A stretch of DNA of 63,333 bases, the filler included, from Craspedostauros australis (taxonomy: Eukaryota): the NCBI GenBank assembly GCA_030167865.1. It is 4 parts of 4 records of this genome, joined end to end, with 100 filler letters (N's around TTAATTAATTAA, not from the genome) between each part and the next. Parts side by side here need not be neighbours in the genome. Positions count along the whole stretch, not along the records: positions 53,318 to 63,333 come from JALAGF010000365.1; 3 more parts are not named here. One strand, given 5' to 3'. Of the stretch, positions 55,397-63,333 are shown piece after piece (position 1 is the stretch's first letter; every line of letters starts with the position of its first letter). The translations under genes and the position numbers were made by a program. The notes beneath the pieces are model-generated. The model did no database searches. It had not been told where the DNA came from and saw nothing but the letters and a program-made list of their open reading frames with translations.

Positions 55397-57193
55397 ATGA
55401 CAAACAACGACACCATCGTGAGCGCGCGCAACACCATCAAGTCCATGGCCGGATTGGCGCTGGCCATCACGAGCCAGGATTGGGATCAGCTGGGATTGGG
55501 CGATGATCCGCAGGTCGCGGCCTCCGATCGTCTCGATGTCACGACGGAGCGCGTCACGGCCTTGCTCCTCATCCGTGTCATTGCCTGGATCTCGCCGCGC
55601 GCTGGTCAGTACACCGATCTGTCCACCACCACCATCTGCCGCACGCTCCTCATTCATTCCAGCAACGACGATGATGACAATACCAACAACTCGCTCGTTC
55701 CACCGCAAATCACCATGGAATTCATCGCCAACCTCAAGGAATACGTGCACCGCATGCTCAAGTCCTACCAGGACGTCCCCTACCACAACTTCCGCCACTG
55801 CTACCACGTCGTCATCAGCGTCAACAAGATGATGGACATGGCCATGACGCAATCGCCGCAGCACCACCAGCGCATTTCCACCTTCGGTCTGCGCGATGAC
55901 CCCCTCATGCAGCTGGCCTTGCTCTTCGCCGCGCTCATCCACGACGTCGAACATCCCGGCGTGCCCAACCGCCAGCTGGCCGACGAAGACGATCTGCTGG
56001 CCCTGCAATACAACGACCAATCCATCATCGAGAACCGATCGCTCTACCTCGCCTTCGCCGAACTCCTCAAGGACGATTTCGACGTCCTGCGCAAGGTCCT
56101 CTTCCCCATCGATTACCGCCGATTCCGCAAGGCCGTCATCAATCTCGTCCTCACGACCGACATCGCGTCGCCGGAGCGCACGCAGATTGGCAAGAGCCGC
56201 TGGAAGGAGGCCTTTGGCGATCCCTACGAGACGGTCGAGCGCAAGATCCGCAAGCACATGGAACGCCGTCGCAGTATGGTCAGCACAACGTCGCAGGCGG
56301 CCAATTCACCGCATCGGCGCGCCAGTCGCCGCTTGTCGACGCACAGCATCATGTCGGAATTGACGATCGAGACGTCGGGACACAAGGCCGCGCCGCAGAT
56401 CCAGCTGGACGATGATGAGAGCGTCACGGATACGCCGGACTCGTCGCAGCGCAGCGAGGATGGTGATGAAATCATTCCCGTACCGGCGGAAGGGCGACAA
56501 CCGCGGCGCGGCAAGAAGCCGGGTGCCAAAGTCAACACGACGCAACAGCGCAACACGCCATCGCGCACGCGCAGCATGGACGCGCCGTCCTTTCATTCCA
56601 CGCCGAACAACACGACCCACAACAACATGGCCGTCAAGTACCATCGCCGCCTCAGCAACGTCGCCACGACGGCAAAGCCCAAATACCAGCGACTCGGTCT
56701 GTTGCGCACCGTCGATCTCAGCGGTAAGACGATCGAAACGTATTCCAAATCGCAGGAGCCGCCACGATCGTCGGCGACGGGCGCCATGACGTACGTCACG
56801 CCGCGACGACAGCACGCGCCCGAAGACGTCGACGAGCTGCGCGAGACCGTCGTCATGGAACAGATTTTGAAGGCCGCCGATGTCGCGCACAATCTGCAAG
56901 GCTGGAAGAACCTGCAGACGCATTCCGATCGGCTCTACTTGGAATTGCGCCGCGCGCATGTGCAAGGGCGCGAAGATAATCCGCAGCATGGCTGGTTCGG
57001 CAATCAGATCGGGTTCTTGGAGAATTATCTTCTGCCGTTGGCGCGGCGGTTGGAGGATATCGGGATCTTCGGGGAGGTGGATGGTGGCCAGTTCGTGCGC
57101 AACGTCGAGGCCAATCGGGATCGGTGGATGAAGGAAGGCATGCAGGTCACGACGAACATCGTCAAGGTGGGGGAGACGCTGTATCCGGAATGA
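55397..57193 (+). CDS. Class I cyclic-nucleotide phosphodiesterase (HD/PDEase_I), stand-alone
   Basis: YHNFRHCYHV, ALIHDVEHPG, YNDQSIIEN, VLTTDI, ILKAADVAH, QIGFL. First ATG at 55397. Confidence 0.92.
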   Translation: MTNNDTIVSARNTIKSMAGLALAITSQDWDQLGLGDDPQVAASDRLDVTTERVTALLLIRVIAWISPRAGQYTDLSTTTICRTLLIHSSNDDDDNTNNSLVPPQITMEFIANLKEYVHRMLKSYQDVPYHNFRHCYHVVISVNKMMDMAMTQSPQHHQRISTFGLRDDPLMQLALLFAALIHDVEHPGVPNRQLADEDDLLALQYNDQSIIENRSLYLAFAELLKDDFDVLRKVLFPIDYRRFRKAVINLVLTTDIASPERTQIGKSRWKEAFGDPYETVERKIRKHMERRRSMVSTTSQAANSPHRRASRRLSTHSIMSELTIETSGHKAAPQIQLDDDESVTDTPDSSQRSEDGDEIIPVPAEGRQPRRGKKPGAKVNTTQQRNTPSRTRSMDAPSFHSTPNNTTHNNMAVKYHRRLSNVATTAKPKYQRLGLLRTVDLSGKTIETYSKSQEPPRSSATGAMTYVTPRRQHAPEDVDELRETVVMEQILKAADVAHNLQGWKNLQTHSDRLYLELRRAHVQGREDNPQHGWFGNQIGFLENYLLPLARRLEDIGIFGEVDGGQFVRNVEANRDRWMKEGMQVTTNIVKVGETLYPE

Positions 57194-57269
57194 TGCTTTC
57201 ATTTCATTTTTGAGGGAATCACAAACAAAAATGATACAATGAGTAGTCCACTTGCTTTCCACCCCGTAT

Positions 57270-58095
57270 GTCTTTTTCGACCTCTCTCTTGAGAACGGCC
57301 TGGCAGACAGGTACGAAAATTCCAGCGCTTGGCTACATCCAATGGGAGCCCCCCAAGTTTCCAAGCAGATGCTGATGCCCGCCTTGTATTTCTCCACCAG
57401 ATACCGCACAACATGTAGTTGCCCAAGTCAACATGGAGTGCAGTTCCCCTGGTCTTGATTTCAGCATTGACATCTACCCCGTCCGACTCGATGAGAGGCT
57501 TCATCAGTCCCACATGATCTCTTCCTCTCGCTTTTTGGATGGAGGCAGTAGAACGATCTTCACCGCTGGGTCGCATTTTGCAACGCCAGCTACCATCTTC
57601 GACAAGCACGCCGCATTCACTTGCGCATCTGCGTTGTTAGATTGCTTGACAATGTCCAAACGTCCTTCGCAAGTTGCCCTGGAAACTAGACGTCCAGTCC
57701 AAGAAACAATCAAAGGCCGACAGTCACCTTGTTCGCCTCCAACAAGCATTTGACAATGTCCTGATTACGACGACTGTGTGCCAGACGAAGTGTGCCTTCC
57801 AAGTGTCTGGATGAGATGCAAGGATTTGCCTTATCCCATTCCACAACGTGCTTGACAATCTCCAACTGTTGGCTTTGGCATGCCAAGTGCAGCGCGGTTT
57901 GCTGACGCTCATCTCCCAAGTGGGCATCCGCATCTGTTGACTCCAACAAGTGGCTTTCTGAGCATGCTAGATGAAGCGCGCTTTGACGTTCCTCGTTTCG
58001 CAGATTCACGCCCCCTCACAATATGGCACCAGATACTTCACGAGATTCAAGTGTCCGCTTGTACATGCTCGATGAAGTATAGTGTCGCCATGTAA
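57270..58095 (-). pseudogene. Ankyrin-repeat pseudogene (frameshifts/stops)
   Basis: Ankyrin motifs scattered across frames: QSALHLAC, QTALHLACQSQQLEIVKHVVE, TCEGRLDIVK, VDVNAEIKTRGTALHV, LPLDVAK. Boundaries are approximate. Confidence 0.75.
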
Positions 58096-58976
58096 ATCCC
58101 GCAAGGTAATGTTTGGCTTGGCGTGCGTTGAAAGTACTCTGTTGCCGACACTACTATATTCTGCAAGGAAGCTGGTGATAAGGACAGGAAGTGGAGAGGG
58201 TGGAGGATGGAAGCCGCCCTGCAGTTGGACAACATGAAATGTGAGATGCCGACGGTATGAGACGGAATCGAATGGAGCCCTCGTTCAGATGCAAGATGAT
58301 GACGACGATGAAGGTGCTGGTGTTGGGAAAGCCTGTTCCACTGATCCCTGCTTGATTTCATGAAAGGAAGCAGAGTCCATTGACGCTGCGTGGCACATGC
58401 TACTGCTCATCTCCAGTTATCCACGGTGGGTCGACATATACTCATGGAGAAGTGAGGCGTTCTAACCCTGCAACCACCGGTCTCTTCGCTTTGCCGTTGC
58501 GAGTTCCGTGCAATGGATGACCTGTTTTGGATTCTGCGTTCCGGCGAGAGCAGTCACTTTGTATAATGCATTGGATGGTGGCGATACTCCTACACTACAG
58601 TGCCACACAACGTGGAATGAGATCACGGAAGATGGGCATGCGGAGATCTTGTGGGTTCCCGAAACGGATTGGATCTCGGAGGATCGATTTGGGTGGCGAA
58701 TCATCACTCTCGGGCATGTGAAGCAGCGTTGCTGGGGGCGGAGACGCGATGACTGTGATGCATGAATACCATATTAATAGTATGAAAAAATGTATACTTT
58801 TGATACTATTGCATGCTGGCTGTGCTGTGAAGTCTATCTCCTTCCTCTCTCGTACCGCCCACGATTGGCGTCTTGTTTACCTTCTGATGCTGTCTGCTGT
58901 CGCCCTGCCTTGCATGGTTCGACATTTGCTTTGTTCCGAATCAAAAGGTGTAGCTTGTTGCGTCTGTCGGAGATTC

Positions 58977-61307
58977 TTAGTCATCTTGGTGAACATCTTC
59001 CACCTCCGACTCAATGAAGGCCAACCCTCGGATGGAGCTGCGCCCGTGTTCCGACATCTCCATCTCCGAATCTGAAAGCGACAGGGAGACTGTGTCGTCG
59101 TCGTCGTCGCGTCGTTGACGTTGCCGCAGAATTTGTCGCAACCGCTGTCTGTGCGATTGACGTCGATGGCGGCGTCGTTGTGGCTGACTTTCCTCGTGTC
59201 GGGATTGTTCTTCCTGTTGAACTTGTTCGTCTTCTGGGACATAATGCAATTGTTGCGACGCCAGCGGCACAGGATCCGGGGTGGTTTCGCGAGTACGCGG
59301 ATTTGCAAGGTGACGCAGTTCCTGGGAATGCACACGCACGTGAGCGCTGCGTTGGTACGATCGTCTCTGACGATGCACGACGGTGCCATCCGCTGTCGTC
59401 GCGTACGCAAGGCGGCGTGTGCGGATGCGCTGCGGCCTTGCGCGGAATGGCGCTGCGAAGGCTTTTGCCATCCTCTTGATGGAGCCCTTCGTGTTGTCCT
59501 TCCAAACTTCGACGCGGAAGGCGGCCGGGGGGCTGCGACGGGTGTAACGGTGAGCACCGGGAGCGATAGGTGCTGGACCATCGCGTGGGGACGATGCCAT
59601 TGCGTCGGTATGGCTGGATGATTCCGATCCGGATGTGACATCCAAGTCTTCTTTGGGCCGGAACGAAGGAAAGGCTTTGCGTGGGGTCTGGGTGATGATG
59701 GGGGCCATTATCATGGGAGCCACAATGATGTGGTTCCGTTGCATGTGGCTTGCAAAGCTTGGTGTGACTTCCTCCTCTGCTTGCGGTGGAACCTTCGGCG
59801 ACACCGCAGGGGAAAATGCGAAGTCTGTGGTTGTTTCCTGCGCGTCGATCTCCCGGAACCATTGTTCGATGGCGGCATCATCTTCTGTGGTGGTTGTGTC
59901 GTGCTTAACGTCAGCATCGCTTTGAGGCGTTTCTGCAACAGTACTCGCACCCATGTCTGCAAATGACGGTCCTGGAGTTGGCTCCGATTCTCGTGGCGAT
60001 GTTTCAGCCGAATTGGCTTGTTCGGTAGTATCCTTGCTTTGCTGGTTGATGTCGTTGACGTCGTTGTTGTCGTGGGTGGCGTCATTGTCGTCTTCGCTGA
60101 TGATGTTGTTGTCATTGTCCTCATCGTCAACGGCGTTGTCAACAATTGTGAGTTTACTCCAGTCGATGGTCTCAGACCTGTCGACCTCCTTGCTGTTGAT
60201 AGCTCGAATTTCCGACTTGGCTGGACCGAAGTCGGAGTAATGGCTGGGCTGCTTGTGCAGAAAGGCTTCGATTGCCGGAGCGTACTCGTCGAACACCTCA
60301 CCAGTCACTTGGGTGCTGTCCTTGGTGCCTGCCCTGGGAAGAATGATCTCAAAGCCGATGTCATCCCGGCTTTCGACAGGACGCACCATCGGACTGATCC
60401 GTTCTCCCGCAGAGCTCTTCGCCCGACGCGCCCTCCTGCGTGTTTGGAATGTGCTGTGGAATGGCAGCCAGTGTTTGGACTCGTTCTTGTCATCAAAGAC
60501 GAAGATGCGCTTCGTGGGGTATTCGATGACGGGTTCGATCCTTGTGACTGTGTCTGGTTGTTGCGGCGGGAGGCCGTCATGCTTGCTCGCGACGTTGTTA
60601 CAGCTCATGCCGTCGTTGTTGTCGCCTTCCAATTTGGCTCCATTTCTGTCGCTGACATTGTAGTCGCTGTCGCTATCAGCCCTGCTGCCGTTGTCTGGAT
60701 CTACATCCGCATCATAGTCTGTGTCCACATGAGGGGCTTCATACACATGAGCGTCCATATCTCCAGAACCTGCCACCTCAATGATCTCCGAGTTGAGCTG
60801 CGCTCTCATCTTGTCGATCATATCCTCCAAGTGGATGTGATCCATGCTGCCGTCGGTGCTGATGCTGAAGATGCTGTTGTCCCTCGTGACGCCGCGCCTG
60901 CGGATGGGCTGATCGAGCAGCTGGAAGACCTCGCCGGAGGCATCATCCGGATGATCATCGACGGATTCCGACATGTCCACCGTCGTCGCCGTGTCGAAGG
61001 ATCGGGTCTGGAGAATGCGCTCTTCGTCGGACGGTACATCGTCGCCGTGGTTGTCCACCGCCTTCATCACGAGCTTGAGGATGCGGAAGGGGCTCACGCG
61101 GTTCAACTTGCTGGGCTGGCCGACTGGTTTGTGTGCGAGAGGCAGTGCGCGAGGTGGTTCGCTGCCCAGAAGGACCTTGTCATCCTCGCGCTCTTCATCC
61201 GATGGCATGCCGTCATCCGCGTCGCGCATCTTGGTGAGGAGCCCCATGAATTGGGTGCGGTTGTGCCGCAGCGCCTCCCGGTTGGGGCGTCTCTGCATCT
61301 CCAGCAT
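58977..61307 (-). CDS. Hypothetical acidic, largely disordered protein
   Basis: 776-aa ORF starting at ATG and preceded by a microsatellite-rich leader like other genes here. No domain recognised. Confidence 0.6.
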   Translation of the reverse strand: MLEMQRRPNREALRHNRTQFMGLLTKMRDADDGMPSDEEREDDKVLLGSEPPRALPLAHKPVGQPSKLNRVSPFRILKLVMKAVDNHGDDVPSDEERILQTRSFDTATTVDMSESVDDHPDDASGEVFQLLDQPIRRRGVTRDNSIFSISTDGSMDHIHLEDMIDKMRAQLNSEIIEVAGSGDMDAHVYEAPHVDTDYDADVDPDNGSRADSDSDYNVSDRNGAKLEGDNNDGMSCNNVASKHDGLPPQQPDTVTRIEPVIEYPTKRIFVFDDKNESKHWLPFHSTFQTRRRARRAKSSAGERISPMVRPVESRDDIGFEIILPRAGTKDSTQVTGEVFDEYAPAIEAFLHKQPSHYSDFGPAKSEIRAINSKEVDRSETIDWSKLTIVDNAVDDEDNDNNIISEDDNDATHDNNDVNDINQQSKDTTEQANSAETSPRESEPTPGPSFADMGASTVAETPQSDADVKHDTTTTEDDAAIEQWFREIDAQETTTDFAFSPAVSPKVPPQAEEEVTPSFASHMQRNHIIVAPMIMAPIITQTPRKAFPSFRPKEDLDVTSGSESSSHTDAMASSPRDGPAPIAPGAHRYTRRSPPAAFRVEVWKDNTKGSIKRMAKAFAAPFRARPQRIRTRRLAYATTADGTVVHRQRRSYQRSAHVRVHSQELRHLANPRTRETTPDPVPLASQQLHYVPEDEQVQQEEQSRHEESQPQRRRHRRQSHRQRLRQILRQRQRRDDDDDTVSLSLSDSEMEMSEHGRSSIRGLAFIESEVEDVHQDD

Positions 61308-62841
61308 CGTCCTCTCTGCTCTGCTCTGCTCTGCCGTGCTGTGTTCTGATTATGTTTGTGTGGCTATTTGTGGGAATGAACTCTGTGCTGTTTGTTTTGT
61401 GCGAACGTGCGATGACACACGATCTCATTGATGGTCTTCAGCGAATCTGCTACTGACGCTGCCGGTACTGCTATCTGCAGTGTTCTCTTCCTCGCGCATG
61501 GTGGCCACAGAAGAGAAGCGAGAAACACCAGAAGCAGCAGAGAAGACAAAGGAGAGTCACTCCGTCTGAAGTCGCCATGCCTCTCCGCCTCTTTCCGTTC
61601 TTGTCGGTGATGCGGCTGTCGTTGCGTGACGATAACGCGACCAGGCTCCGAAGTGCTGTGCATGTAAGATCTGTCACCACATGCCGACGACCCGGGATCT
61701 GGTTGCCGCCGGATTGGGTTGGTTCTGTCAAACCGACAGCATCACAGTTTGTGTGGGAAGAAGTCCCGTTTGTCGTCGGATCGAGAGAACGAGACGTGAA
61801 GAATCATCATGTGTTTCCCGACCTTCAACTGGGATCGATACACGCAGTCCGTGAGTGCCGAATGGGGCCGTAATCAACTTTGTCACCGGACACGTGAAAT
61901 GACACCAAGAACCACGTCGCAATGGAGGGAGCAGCGCCCGTCGACCTTCCAGGACTTTCCAGCCTCTCCACAAATTGGACTCCAACCGCGACTAATCGAT
62001 GTGTTGGATTCGTGACTCGATTTGAATTGAGTCGGAAAAGGACACAGAACAAACAAAAGGGGCCTTCGGGCGAGTCGACTAACGACTACTACACTTTGGA
62101 ATGGACATTTTAACTCTAAATCTGCGATATCCAAACCAAGCACATATTCTTAATCCTTATCATCTCTTAGATAGACACCTCCAAAGATCCGAAGATCCAA
62201 GGGCTGGGTGAAGGCCAACTCTTGGTTCTGCCATGATGCTTGTGCCCAAGATGCAATTTTTACCACTCCAACAGTAAATGCATCCACATACGCGCGCGCA
62301 ACCAGATCCACCTCCACGTCATCGTCATTGTCAAGCGGCACACCTGATAACAGATGCCCCCTCATGGACATAATGGACATCATGGACATCATGTGGGCAC
62401 AAGAGAGGGATGGTTGATGGATCTTAATCCCCTCCGCGTGACAGAAGCAGGAGCCACGAGAGGACCTCACTCAGCCGACAAGAAACGATGGCGCACAGTG
62501 TGCGAATGATCTGATTGGAGATGGATGCGAGCGCTCACATCAGATCAAATTGGATGTGCGGCATTCCACAATAGCGTTGCCATTCTTAACCATTATCAAC
62601 CATTCGCTACCATTCGTTACTATCTCACAACGTACCATACTTCACATTATTCTAATGGAGCAGTTGAAGTGTGATGAATCTCATTGGGCTTCTTCCATCT
62701 CTCATTTGGAACTTGGCATATGTCTCATGGGGAGCATTCCACGTCCTCAATTCGCCTTTTCCTGCTCAAGACCTTCATCTCTGCAGCCCTGGCTTTGCCA
62801 GCACCATCGGCATTGTACCCATTGCCAGGACCAATCATCTT

Positions 62842-63333
62842 CTAGGCAAACAATGCCAACATCCTCCCATCGCGACCTTCTTCCTGCGCACACTGAACCG
62901 GCGTATCACCCCTCTTGTTCTGAATGTGCGGATCGATCATCTCCAACGTCATCAGATACTCAACCACTTCCAAATACTCGCCTTTCACAGCACAGTGCAG
63001 CACTGTATCTCCCTCATCGTTCGCCATGTTCACATCCACATCCACCTTGTTCGATTCGATCAACAGTTTCATCTTCTCAGCTCGCATCTCGTGATCATCA
63101 CTCTCGCTCTCACTTTCACTTTCATTTTCACTTTCATTTTCGCTTTCATTTTCGCTTTCGCTTTCGCTCTCACTTTCACACTTGTGTTCAGATACATTTC
63201 TATCTGCTCCTTTGCAAATACAGTGCAATGCTGTATCTCCCCTGCTGTCTCGCAACGTGGCATCCACTGAGTCACATCCGATCAGATTCCGAAGGACAGA
63301 AACATCGCCCTTCTTGCATGCGAGATGGAGGAG
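62842..63333 (-). CDS. Ankyrin-repeat protein, 5' part outside window; contains an (ES/EN)n tract encoded by a hexamer repeat
   Basis: The frame is open to the window end: LLHLACKKGDVSVL, GDTALHCIC, GDTVLHCAVKGEYLEVVEYL, GDTPVQCA. Confidence 0.8.
   Translation of the reverse strand, partial: LLHLACKKGDVSVLRNLIGCDSVDATLRDSRGDTALHCICKGADRNVSEHKCESESESESENESENESENESESESESDDHEMRAEKMKLLIESNKVDVDVNMANDEGDTVLHCAVKGEYLEVVEYLMTLEMIDPHIQNKRGDTPVQCAQEEGRDGRMLALFA

Noticed and set aside
58508..58765. Short protein-like ORF (Trp/acidic-rich)
   Set aside because: No recognisable family or supported exon structure. It may be a gene remnant but cannot be called.
62150..62470. Short minus-strand ORF with an (ATGGACATC)-type repeat downstream of the ankyrin gene
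   Set aside because: Non-ATG start, no motif, and no convincing splice link.
1..63333. tRNA/rRNA/ncRNA genes
   Set aside because: None recognised by eye; tRNAscan-SE/Infernal would be needed to exclude them.

Overview
Eukaryotic, gene-dense nuclear DNA, most consistent with a pennate diatom. The evidence is GT-AG spliceosomal introns of about 210-370 nt, several signal-peptide + 'ASAFAP'-type bipartite plastid presequences, and housekeeping genes on both strands. The window is an assembly of contigs joined by three 100-nt N44-TTAATTAATTAA-N44 linkers, plus one internal N-run. Recognisable genes: NBS1-like, a bacterial-type DAD cupin dioxygenase with plastid leader, BUD23, cytochrome P450, plastid TPI, ERMARD/DUF4209, two SnoaL/NTF2-like plastid paralogs, an S1 protease, a double-DUF2061 protein, a VPS9 GEF, PIG-M, dynactin p62, a tandem zeta-toxin-like P-loop kinase, a PNUTS-like protein, XPD, ORC4, a Yvh1-type Zn-finger protein, a class I cNMP phosphodiesterase and ankyrin genes or pseudogenes. 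I reconstructed exons missing from the ORF track by reading splice sites. The most notable items are: (i) a probably recent, multicopy DNA transposon with 50-bp TIRs flanked by TA, sitting at two assembly gaps, one copy next to a PIF/Harbinger-type transposase fragment; (ii) a local array of an uncharacterised type-II membrane enzyme family (two genes plus one pseudogene) bracketing an atypical P450 near the DAD dioxygenase, a possible specialised-metabolism cluster; (iii) a eukaryotic protein with two tandem zeta-toxin-like kinase domains, one of which has a degenerate P-loop. All family calls come from motif recognition, not database searches.
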